This document shows positions 10,927 to 20,380 of a DNA stretch of 64,000 nt, piece by piece. Below the pieces are notes generated by a model, which saw nothing but the letters and a program-made list of their open reading frames with translations, was not told the DNA's origin and made no database searches. Source of the stretch: Rhizophagus irregularis (lineage: Eukaryota); the NCBI RefSeq assembly GCF_026210795.1, contig NC_089429.1, positions 1-64,000 of the forward strand. Reading direction: 5' to 3'. The position numbers were made by a program, and so were the translations under genes. How positions within the stretch are numbered: position 1 is the stretch's first letter; each line of letters begins with the position of its first letter.

Positions 10927-13206
10927 ATGTCAGATGAGGAATCTGATGAATCTATTGAATCTAATAATGTTGAAGAAACAGAAACAACAAAGATATTCGA
11001 AGAAATAATTAGAATGGATTTGAAAAGAATGGGATATGATGTAGAAATAACGGAAATTGAAAGAATAAGAAAATTTGGAGTAACCGCAAAGATAATAACA
11101 ACATATGAATTTATGAAGAAATATTTAACAATATGGAATCTTGAAGATGAAAAATTAGATGAACAAATATTACAATGGAGAGTTGAAAACACAAAAGAAT
11201 GCGGAAGATGTGAAATTGAAAGATTAAAGAAAGAATTTGAAATTGGAAAAGAAACCTGCATAGAATGTGAAAAAGATATTGAAAAAGAAAATCCAACAGA
11301 TGATGAAGATGAAATGGAAGAGGATATAAAAGGACCCGAAATTGGCTCAAGTAAAAAACCAAAAAGTAAAGAGAAAAATAAAAAATCAAAGGAAGTACCT
11401 ATAATACCAATAACACCAGTACCACCAATAAAACCAAAGATAACAATGGCAGCATCAAGAGATGAACTCAGAGCAGATCTAAGAGCATTAATGAATACTA
11501 TGTATAATCATGATATTGGGGCAGATTGGAACAATTTAGTATTACCACCAGTAACATTGACAGGATTACAAGGAGAAGTTCAAGCGAATACTAATGCGAT
11601 AGGAAATTTAAACGCAAATAGAGGAGCTATTGTAGAAATACCAGCATTTTATGGTACCAGTGGAGAAGATCCAGAAGAATGGGCAGATAAATTTGAGGAG
11701 ACATTTACAGCGAATGGTTTAGGGAATGATGACGCACAGAGATTTAGATTAGCAAAAGCGAAATTAATGGGAGGAGCAGCAGATTGGTTAAAGACTGAAG
11801 GAGTAAATATTGTCGATTGGAATGTTAATGGAGATCATAATTTAAGATTAAGAGTAAGAATAATTGGAAAGTATGCAAGTGATGAAATTAAAGATAGATG
11901 GCTAGAACAATTAGAAAAGATTAGACAGGGAGACGAGAATGTAACTCAATACCTTACGAGATTTAAATATATGTTAAAGAGAGCGGGAGGTGATGCAGCA
12001 GTAGCAGCAAATCAGCAAAAGAGAATTTTTATTAGAGGATTAAAACCGGACTTTACTAAAGACGTAGTAATGGGAAATCCAGCAGATCTAAATGCAACAT
12101 TTCAGATAGCAAAAAACGTAGAAAGAGGTTTAGAAGCATTAACAGATAAAGTACAACCAAAAGGAATTAATGATGAACAAAGAAGACAAGAACCTATTGT
12201 TCAAGGGAATGTAAGGAATAATAAAGGGGTAAGTGTAGATGAATTAGCAGACAGTTTTGCGAAGTTACAAATTAAGATGTTAGAAGATGAGAATGAAAGA
12301 TTAAGAAATTTAGCGAGTCAGAGCTATAGGCGATTGCCACAAAGAAACCAACCAATGCAAAGAAACCAACCAATGCAAAGAAATCAACCAATTCAAAGAA
12401 ATCAGTCATTCCAAAAAAGAGTACCGACATGCTATACATGTGGTAGAGCTGGTCATTATTCAAGAGAGTGTCCAGAGAAAAGAAGGAATGTAGGAGTGAA
12501 TATGATAGACGAATACGATGACCAAGAAGAATATGATTATGATGGATATGAATATGGGGAACCACAATACGGTGAAATGTATTATACACAAGGTTATTAC
12601 GATGATTATGAAGATAGGGAATTAAATTACCATAATGAATTATACGCAAAAGATAACGCAGTAAAAACAAGAAGACAAACAAGAAGGTCGAATCCAATAA
12701 TGGGATATAAAAATAATGGTGAAGAAGGAAATTTACAAGAAGAATTAAGAGAAGCGGGAAATAGAATGGATGATAGAGAAATACCAAGTGGAACAACAAC
12801 ACCAAGATATACGCCCGAAAGGATAGAACAAAATAATGTATACAAAGATAGTCAAAATTGGGATAATCCAATAGGACCAGAAGATTATAATTATGGTCGG
12901 CGACCCATGACAAAAGATGGAAGATTTTATAAACCAATGTTCACAAAAGAAGGCAAAGCATTTTACCCTGGAATGCGGCAAGATGAATTTGGAAATTGGG
13001 TTAGAACAAAGCCATCAGGGACAGGAAAGCCCAGAGAATATGGACCGAGATTAACTGATGGAATACCACCTTACGATATTGTGGAAGACGTGAAAAATTG
13101 TAGAGCGAATATAACAATTGGACAAATGATAAATGAGAATACTAAGTATCATAAACAATTGAGAGAAGGAACATATAGACCAAGAAGCATAAACGAGAAA
13201 AATTGA
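10927..13206 (+). CDS. gag: Gag with long acidic/Cys N-terminal extension, capsid domain and CCHC zinc knuckle
   Basis: Capsid motifs IPAFYGTSGEDPEEWADKFE, IRQGDENVTQYLTRF and FIRGLKP; zinc knuckle CYTCGRAGHYSREC. The frame is open from 10732. Confidence 0.92.
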   Translation: MSDEESDESIESNNVEETETTKIFEEIIRMDLKRMGYDVEITEIERIRKFGVTAKIITTYEFMKKYLTIWNLEDEKLDEQILQWRVENTKECGRCEIERLKKEFEIGKETCIECEKDIEKENPTDDEDEMEEDIKGPEIGSSKKPKSKEKNKKSKEVPIIPITPVPPIKPKITMAASRDELRADLRALMNTMYNHDIGADWNNLVLPPVTLTGLQGEVQANTNAIGNLNANRGAIVEIPAFYGTSGEDPEEWADKFEETFTANGLGNDDAQRFRLAKAKLMGGAADWLKTEGVNIVDWNVNGDHNLRLRVRIIGKYASDEIKDRWLEQLEKIRQGDENVTQYLTRFKYMLKRAGGDAAVAANQQKRIFIRGLKPDFTKDVVMGNPADLNATFQIAKNVERGLEALTDKVQPKGINDEQRRQEPIVQGNVRNNKGVSVDELADSFAKLQIKMLEDENERLRNLASQSYRRLPQRNQPMQRNQPMQRNQPIQRNQSFQKRVPTCYTCGRAGHYSRECPEKRRNVGVNMIDEYDDQEEYDYDGYEYGEPQYGEMYYTQGYYDDYEDRELNYHNELYAKDNAVKTRRQTRRSNPIMGYKNNGEEGNLQEELREAGNRMDDREIPSGTTTPRYTPERIEQNNVYKDSQNWDNPIGPEDYNYGRRPMTKDGRFYKPMFTKEGKAFYPGMRQDEFGNWVRTKPSGTGKPREYGPRLTDGIPPYDIVEDVKNCRANITIGQMINENTKYHKQLREGTYRPRSINEKN

Positions 13207-13719
13207 CTACACTCGGTGGGAACTATGAAAAATGAAGAGAAAAGAACTACAGCAATGAGAACAGAATTAGAAGTTGAAGATCAATTAGTGAATGTAATAA
13301 TAGATACTGGAGCAGCAGTAAGTGTGATAACAGACAAATTAAGGAGGAGATTGAATATACCTATATTTGGAAAAAGTAAATTTAGATGTACAATAGCAAA
13401 TGGGCAAAAGATAGCAGCGTTAGGAAAGGCAAATATAACTTTGAGATACAAAGATGAATTGGAAATACTAAAAGAAGTTGAGGTAATCGATTCAGAAGAA
13501 GAGGATCTAATTTTGGGAAATGATATATGGAAGCTGTATAATGCAAAAATAAATTTTGAAGATCATACCTTAAGAATAGAAGAACAAGGAGAAATAATAA
13601 CGATTCCAGTAGGATATGAAAGAGAAGCAATATGTGAAAGTGAGGAGAGCGAGGATGACGAAGAATATGAAAGCAACGATGAAGGAGAGGTATTCAAAAT
13701 GCACCAGAATTTTAAATAG
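13207..13719 (+). CDS. Retroviral-type aspartic protease, in frame with gag beyond a single TGA
   Basis: Catalytic motif VIIDTGAAVSVI, flap IANG and LILGND. Confidence 0.92.
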   Translation, partial: LHSVGTMKNEEKRTTAMRTELEVEDQLVNVIIDTGAAVSVITDKLRRRLNIPIFGKSKFRCTIANGQKIAALGKANITLRYKDELEILKEVEVIDSEEEDLILGNDIWKLYNAKINFEDHTLRIEEQGEIITIPVGYEREAICESEESEDDEEYESNDEGEVFKMHQNFK

Positions 13720-13751
13720 AAAGTCTTGGCTCTGAGAGAGAGACGGAAAAG

Positions 13752-15833
13752 ATGCTCGAACCAAGTGGAAAATTTATGCAAAAACTAAGTATAGGGAAAG
13801 TAGAAGAACCAATTTGGGAAAATATGGTAAAATTACTATTAGAATACCAAGATATTTTGGAATATGACGAAGAGATAGAAGGAAGAACGAAAGCGGCGCA
13901 ACATGAGATAAAAATAAAAGAGGGGGTAGAACCAATAAAGCAAAGAAGATACAAAGAAACAGATGAAAAGGCAAAATTTATAAGCGAAGAAGTGGATAAA
14001 TTGTTAAAACAAGAAAGGATAAGGAAATCAAAAAGTCCATGGAGTTCACCGGTTACGTTAGCAGGAAAGAAAACGGGAAAATATAGATTCTGTATTGATT
14101 ACAGAAAGTTAAACAAGATAACTATAATAGATAGTTTTCCTTTACCAAGAATAGATGAATTGTTAGACAAATACAGAAAAGCAAAATGGTTTTCAAGTAT
14201 AGATTTAGCGGCGGGATTTAATCAAGTAGAAATGAAAGAAGAAGACAAAGAAAAAACAGCATTTGTATGTTCAAAGGGATTATTTGAGTATAATGTAATG
14301 CCATTCGGTTTAACTAATGCACCAGCAACATTTCAAAGATTAATGGATGAAATATTAGAAGAATACATAAACGATTTTGTAGTAGTATATATTGACGATA
14401 TTATGATATATTCAGAAAATTTAAAAGACCATATGGAACATGTGGAAAAAGTATTAAAGAAGTTACAGGAGAATAATTTAATAATAAAACTAAAGAAATG
14501 TAGATTTTTGGAAAGAAATATAGAATTTTTAGGACATATAGTAGGAAATGATGGATTAAGGCCAGACGATAAAAAGATAGAAAAGATAAAAGAAATGAAG
14601 GCACCAACAACAGTGAAAGAAGTAAGATCATTTTTGGGACTTTGTTCATATTACAGAAAATTTGTGAAGAATTTTTCAAAGATAGCAAGACCAATAAGTG
14701 ATTTGAGAAAGAAGGGAATACCTTTCATTTGGGGAAGAGAACAACAAGAAGCGTTTGAAAAATTGAAAGAAAAGTTAATACAATATCCAATATTGCGACA
14801 TCCAGATTGGAAGAAAGAATTTTTATTAATAACAGATGCATCAGGAAAAGGATTAGGTGCAGTATTAAGTCAAAAAGATGAAAAAGGAAAAGAAGTAGTA
14901 ATAGCATATGCAAGTAGAAGTTTATTACCAGCAGAAGAAAATTATCCGATAACAGAATTGGAATGTTTAGGAATAGTTTGGGGAATTCAACATTTTCATA
15001 AATATTTAATCGATAGAAAATTTAAAGTAATAACAGATCACAGTGCATTAAAAGGATTAATGAATGCAAAGATACCAAAAGGAAAAAGAGCAAGATGGGT
15101 GATGGAATTACAGCAATATAATTTTGAAGTAATACATAGGTCGGGAAAAGAAAATACGAACGCCGACGCATTAAGTAGGTTATTAAAGATAGTAGAGGAT
15201 CAACCAGAAATAGTAATAATCGACGGAGTAGACGGATTAGGAAAGACAAGTATAGTACAAAATTTAATTGAAGAATGGGAAAAGCAAGGATTAAAAGTAA
15301 GATTCAACACTTATAAGAGAAGAAGAAAAGATAAAGATGAATTTTATGAATCAAAGATGGAGACAGAATGGAAATTCAGAAAAGAAGTAGTGGAACAAAT
15401 AAACAGAAGAATGCTAGAATATGACGAAGATACAGATATAATAATTTTAGACAAATCACCATATTGTGAATATTATTATCAAAAGACGAAAAGTTTTGAC
15501 AGAGGGTTAATTACTCCACATGGAAATCATGAGATGGAAAAAGAAATATTCAGACTGAAAGAAACAATAGACAAATCAATAGTGATATTTTTAGAAAAGG
15601 ATAGTGATGTATGTTGGAAAAATTACATTGGAAGAGAAACAAAGAAAACGGAAAAATCGTCATATCCAACATTAAAGAAGGATGAATATTTGGACATGGT
15701 TAGAATGTTTGAAGAAAATCAGGGCGTGTACAAAGATACTAAAAGATACAGTCGAGTAAAAGTCAAAAATGACAATAGTAGTTGGAGAAAAGTATTTAAA
15801 GAGGTGGAGAAATGGAGAAGAGCACAGAACTAA
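13752..15833 (+). CDS. pol: Pol: reverse transcriptase, RNase H and a C-terminal thymidylate/deoxynucleoside kinase-like domain
   Basis: RT motifs RFCIDYRKLN, MPFGLTNAPATFQ and YIDD. RNase H motifs TDASG, ELECLGIVW, TDHSAL and ADALSR. These are followed by IVIIDGVDGLGKTS and IIILDKSPYCEYYYQ. Confidence 0.95.
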   Translation: MLEPSGKFMQKLSIGKVEEPIWENMVKLLLEYQDILEYDEEIEGRTKAAQHEIKIKEGVEPIKQRRYKETDEKAKFISEEVDKLLKQERIRKSKSPWSSPVTLAGKKTGKYRFCIDYRKLNKITIIDSFPLPRIDELLDKYRKAKWFSSIDLAAGFNQVEMKEEDKEKTAFVCSKGLFEYNVMPFGLTNAPATFQRLMDEILEEYINDFVVVYIDDIMIYSENLKDHMEHVEKVLKKLQENNLIIKLKKCRFLERNIEFLGHIVGNDGLRPDDKKIEKIKEMKAPTTVKEVRSFLGLCSYYRKFVKNFSKIARPISDLRKKGIPFIWGREQQEAFEKLKEKLIQYPILRHPDWKKEFLLITDASGKGLGAVLSQKDEKGKEVVIAYASRSLLPAEENYPITELECLGIVWGIQHFHKYLIDRKFKVITDHSALKGLMNAKIPKGKRARWVMELQQYNFEVIHRSGKENTNADALSRLLKIVEDQPEIVIIDGVDGLGKTSIVQNLIEEWEKQGLKVRFNTYKRRRKDKDEFYESKMETEWKFRKEVVEQINRRMLEYDEDTDIIILDKSPYCEYYYQKTKSFDRGLITPHGNHEMEKEIFRLKETIDKSIVIFLEKDSDVCWKNYIGRETKKTEKSSYPTLKKDEYLDMVRMFEENQGVYKDTKRYSRVKVKNDNSSWRKVFKEVEKWRRAQN

Positions 15834-15893
15834 AAATACAGAACACATAACGAAAATAACAAATTTAGAAGTGAAATCAATTAAAGAGGTATT

Positions 15894-17120
15894 ATGGAAG
15901 AAAATAATTACAAGAGAATAATTGACAATATCGAAAAAGAGAATAAATATGAATTGAAAGAAGGAGTTCTATATAGAGTAAAAGGACAAAACAAATTTAA
16001 AGTAATCAGGGATTATGAATACGAAGGATTGATGTACATGATGCATGATAACGAATTATCAGGACATTTTGGAGTAGAAGCGACATTAGATAGAATAAAA
16101 GAAAATTATTGGTGGAAAAATATGAAAGAAGATGTAGAAGAATATGTAAAAACGTGTTGGAATTGTCAAATGAGAGGAAAACCAAGAGGAAAGAACGAAT
16201 TAATGCCGATAAAGATAAATGAACCATTCGAGATGATTGGAATAGATATAGTTAGACCATTAAAAGAGACAGAAAAGGGAAATAAGTATATTGTAGTAGC
16301 AATGGATTATTTTACAAAATGGCCCGAGGCCGCACCACTAAAAGAAGCTACGGCGAAAGAGGTAGTAGAATTTATTTGGAGGGATATAATTTGTAGACAT
16401 GGGTGTCCAAAGAAAATAATTAGTGATAGAGGGACTCACTTTAACAATAGAATGATGGAAGAATTGGTAGGAAGGTGTGGAATAAATCATAGATTAAGTA
16501 CACCATATAGGCCACAAACAAATGGTTTGGTCGAAAGATTCAATAAAACTTTATGCGAAGGATTAGCCAAATTAGGAGAAGAAAATTGGGATAAACATAT
16601 ACCATCCGTATTATTTGCATATAGGACGAAGAAGCAATCATCAACAAGAATTAAACCTTTTTATGCAATATACGGAAGGAGAGCGAAACTACCATTAGAT
16701 AAAGACGAAAATAAAATAACATTAGCTGACAGAGTAAAGATATTAATTGAGGAGCTACCAGTAATAAGAAGAAAAATAAAAGAAAATGTGGAAGAAGCTC
16801 AAGAGAAACAAAAACAACAACACGACAAAAGGGGAATTAGAAAACCTAAATTTGAAATAGGAGAAAAAGTATTATTATATGAAGCATGGAGAGAGAAACA
16901 ATGGTCGGGAAAATTGCAGAACAAATGGAAAGGACCATATTTAATTCACGAAGAATTTGGAAATGGAGCGTATAAACTCAAAGAATTAGACAGAAGAATA
17001 CTAAAAACACCACAAAATGGAGAATGGTTAAAGAAATTTTATGATCGAAGGGGATTTACACCAAAAATAGTAATTAAAGGAAAAGAGGTATTCGATAAGA
17101 CCCGAGTTCGATTCGATTAA
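15894..17120 (+). CDS. Integrase (HHCC, DDE core and C-terminal GPY/F-type region) as a separate ORF; no chromodomain
   Basis: HDNELSGH...CWNC, GIDIV, ISDRGTHF, NGLVERFN and KWKGPY. Confidence 0.93.
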   Translation: MEENNYKRIIDNIEKENKYELKEGVLYRVKGQNKFKVIRDYEYEGLMYMMHDNELSGHFGVEATLDRIKENYWWKNMKEDVEEYVKTCWNCQMRGKPRGKNELMPIKINEPFEMIGIDIVRPLKETEKGNKYIVVAMDYFTKWPEAAPLKEATAKEVVEFIWRDIICRHGCPKKIISDRGTHFNNRMMEELVGRCGINHRLSTPYRPQTNGLVERFNKTLCEGLAKLGEENWDKHIPSVLFAYRTKKQSSTRIKPFYAIYGRRAKLPLDKDENKITLADRVKILIEELPVIRRKIKENVEEAQEKQKQQHDKRGIRKPKFEIGEKVLLYEAWREKQWSGKLQNKWKGPYLIHEEFGNGAYKLKELDRRILKTPQNGEWLKKFYDRRGFTPKIVIKGKEVFDKTRVRFD

Positions 17121-17182
17121 AATTATTATGGATAAGACACGAGTTCGATTCTATTAAAGTTATTTGTGAGGTCACAAATAGC

Positions 17183-17196
17183 GAAGAGGGGGATAA
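17183..17196 (+). promoter_or_regulatory. Polypurine tract
   Basis: GAAGAGGGGGATAA lies immediately before the 3' LTR. Confidence 0.85.
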
Positions 17197-18294
17197 TGTA
17201 AACGGTCGAATATCAAGCACGAAAAGATGATAAAATCCAATCACCAAATGTAATTGCCAAATATTAAGAACGAACAAATTGATTATGAATTGGCGTAGAT
17301 GGATAAATAATTAGCCGAAAAGGATAAACATTTAGGAAGAGTAATGATCTACATGATGTAATATTTATCAAATGATTGACAAAGAACCAATAGGATAAAT
17401 AGAGTCGATCAATTGCGGCTTAGCGATCTTTAACAATAAGAACGATAAGAAAGAATAATTATAAGCCACAAAAGATAGATTATAAGCAAAACACATAAAG
17501 CGAATTAAAAGAACATATAAATAATGTCAGAAAGATTAAAGAACACAAAATAATGTAAAAGATAATATAAAAAGATAGTATAAAGATGGAACGTAAAAGA
17601 TAATATATTAAAAAGAACATATATAAAAAGATAGCATATTAAAAGATAGCATATTAAAAGATAGCGTATTTAAAATATAGATAGTATATTAGAAAGATAA
17701 TTCAAAGATAATATGTAAAAAGAACATAAAAGATAGTATATAGATAGAATAGAAAGTAGCATAAAAATTGTATATATAGAGAGCGGAATTCAAGGTGATT
17801 CCATAGTTCTCATCCACAGAACTCAATAAAAATATAAGTTTTATTTTTTTAATTATTTGTTAGTAAAGTTTAATGTTAATTAAAGGTAATAGGTTCGCCC
17901 TAAACTTTAATTAATGTTGGCTTAATTAATTTTAATTGAGTAAATGGAAATTTTAAGGTGAATTAAATATACACTTTTGGAAAGTAATAATTCGTAGCGA
18001 GAGCTATCGAAGTTTGAAATTAAAGGTAAAAGTGGATATAATTTGGGGAAAATTTAGAGAAGTTAAATTTTATTTTATTTCGTTTGACGTTTTATATTAC
18101 TAACGTTATCTATGTCGTGAACCAAGAATGTTGTATGTTGTTTGTTGATTATGTTGTTTGTTAATTATGTCATTGATTATTTGCTTGTTCGTTTAATTGT
18201 TCGTTCGTTCGTTTATTCGTTCGTTCGACCATGGGAATGCCCGTTCGATGTGGCAACTCTGTAAATTGATGACAGAGGGAATTGGGGGATCTCA
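17197..18294 (+). repeat. 3' LTR (1098 bp)
   Basis: Direct repeat of the 5' LTR; by eye it differs by three substitutions and one 1-nt indel. Confidence 0.97.
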
Positions 18295-19799
18295 TCGCAT
18301 ATACAAGAAGTTTACGTTAAAAAATGAACTTTTTTTGAGATCCTTTTAAAAGTTTGGACAAATATATAGTTTTAATAGTAAAAATATATGTAATTTTGCA
18401 AGAGAAAAAAGATTTTCTAAGGGTTTAATGGTAGTTATTCGGGTAGTTTTTGTATAAACACAAAAAAATTGATTTTTTAATAAAAAAAAGAATTTTTACT
18501 TCAATAAATTTTAATGAGAATCCTTTAACTAATAATAAATATTTTATTTTTAGGTGTAACTTTTCAAAAGAAACAGCTTTATTAAGTTAATAAGGTCGGT
18601 CACCCAATAAGAATTTTGTTTATTATTGAATTTATCAAATTTTCTCTATTTTTTTAATATGAAATAATGATAAAATTTTATTTATTATAGGAAAAAAAGA
18701 AGGGAAGAGTATTATTAGATTTATTTTTGAATAATATATTTGTTTTAAATTAAAAAAAAACTACAAAATTTTCATTATTTTTAGTAAATCCACTTTTGTC
18801 CAATCATGTTTTAATATTAGATTCCTATTTATTTCATCACGAAATTTTTTTATTTTAATATTCAAATTGTTTTTTAAATTAGAAAATAGTTTGTTTTGTA
18901 ATTAAAACCATTGAAATAATAAAGAATTTATAATACTATTATACAAATATAATGAAAAAAAGGGAAATTTTTCTTTATAGATTCTGGGTTTATTTGAAAA
19001 TTTATTTGAGTTAATATATTTTTTAGCTTTTTTTTGTTATAAAATTATATAAAATACTTTCTGTCTTAATTTGGAGTTTAAATTATTTACTATATTTGAC
19101 AAATTTCAAGTTTTTCTCATTATTCCTTATTTTTAGCAAATAAAATGTACCAACTTTTAGTTAAGATCCACCTTAAAAAACAAAAAGTATTTGAAGAAAT
19201 TTTTCAACACACTCTTAGATGTTATCAAGAAGTATTATTTTCTATATTTAGTTTGAAAGTTATTTTATATAAATGTGATGTTACATTTGAACTGCATTTT
19301 TCAATTTTTATAAAATTTAGGCCGGCATTATAAAATTGGCCGGAATTAAGCAAAATTTGGCCAGAATTATGGATTCGAAAATCATCAATTTTAACCAATA
19401 AAATTTATTTTAGCCGATTTTGATCTACATACATAAGTCTATATAATTAATAACTATACGGCACCATAATTTTTAATATGGCTATCATAATAAGAAAAAT
19501 TTGCCCTTAAATTTTATTACATGCGCAGTGATTGCTAATATAAAATAAAAATTAAATAGAATTCAATACTAAATGATTGCTTGAATTAAAAAAAAGAGCG
19601 AAAAAAAATATTTATTTATAATATGATCTGACTCTATATCACTATTTTCAAAATAGTGTGAGACTAAAATCGGGTGAAAAACTGGATGAAAACTGGTATT
19701 TAAATATACAGATGATCAAGTATTTTTTTTTAATATGTCAGAGTGGCACAAAACCAACCAATTCGTATAATTACTAGAAAAAACGGGAAACTGATTAAG

Positions 19800-19914
19800 C
19801 CCATCATAAAAAAATTTTTATCTGAATATTTCCATTATTCCTCCGTAATTCCATAAAAATTCTGTGATAACATGAAACGATAAAACACGGATCAACATTT
19901 TTTTTTACATGGGG
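19800..19914 (-). mobile_element. Degenerate short copy of the CCC-terminal MITE at 21413, opposite orientation
   Basis: Its reverse complement matches 21413-21612 (GATCCGTGTTTTATC; CACAGAATTTTTATGGAA; AATAATGGAAATATTC). Confidence 0.6.
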
Positions 19915-19959
19915 CTTCTTTAATGAGATTAGATAGATTGGTTTATATAAATTTATATA

Positions 19960-20380
19960 ATTCTGTGATACTGCTTTAGCTAATTTAGTATTAATTAAGG
20001 TTTTAATTTAAAAATTAAGCAGTATCAAGGAAAATTCTCGCGAATTTTTCTTGATACTGCTTATTTTTAAAGTTTAAAGACCGATTAGTAACGAATTTAA
20101 GAAAAATTCTTGCGAATTTTTCTTGATACCGCTTATTTTTAAAGTTTAAATAAATTGAAATCACGATTTTTTAAGAAAAATTCTCGCGAATTTTTCTTGA
20201 TGCTGCTTATTTTAAAGTTTAAAGACCGATTAGCAAACCGAAATCACGATTTCAAGAAAAATTCTCGCGAATTTTTCTTGATACCGCTTATTTTTTAAAT
20301 AAATTGAAATTACGATTTTTTAAGAAAAATTCTCACGAATTTTTCTTGATACCGCTTATTTTTAAAGTTTAAAGACCGTA
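19960..20380. repeat. Palindromic repeat array, inverted relative to the 25.5-26.1 kb array; likely subterminal repeats
   Basis: About six ~60-bp units of AAGAAAAATTCTCGCGAATTTTTCTTGATACCGCTTATTTTAAAGTTTAAA. Confidence 0.85.

Larger units (their letters stand above)
7391..18294 (+). mobile_element. Full-length Ty3/Gypsy LTR retrotransposon, recently inserted
   Basis: Two ~1.1 kb near-identical TG...CA LTRs, a 4-bp TSD TCGC (7387-7390 and 18295-18298), a PBS, a PPT, and the domain order gag-PR-RT-RH-IN. Confidence 0.97.
7188..19534. mobile_element. Non-autonomous TIR element (~1.4 kb of its own sequence) interrupted by the Gypsy element
   Basis: The 19-bp TIR CAATCAC(C/T)GCGCATGTAAT lies at 7188-7206 and inverted at 19516-19534. 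A 4-bp direct repeat CTAA flanks it at 7184-7187 and 19535-19538. Confidence 0.8.

Noticed and set aside
13690..13719. GT...AG mini-intron removing the protease stop
   Set aside because: It is only 30 nt, shorter than other introns here, and its removal would not enter the RT frame.
10585..17277. Many minus-strand ORFs over the Gypsy internal region, and shadow ORFs over the pogo acidic tail (1546-2047)
   Set aside because: They are F/L/S/I-rich antisense artefacts of a purine-rich coding strand.
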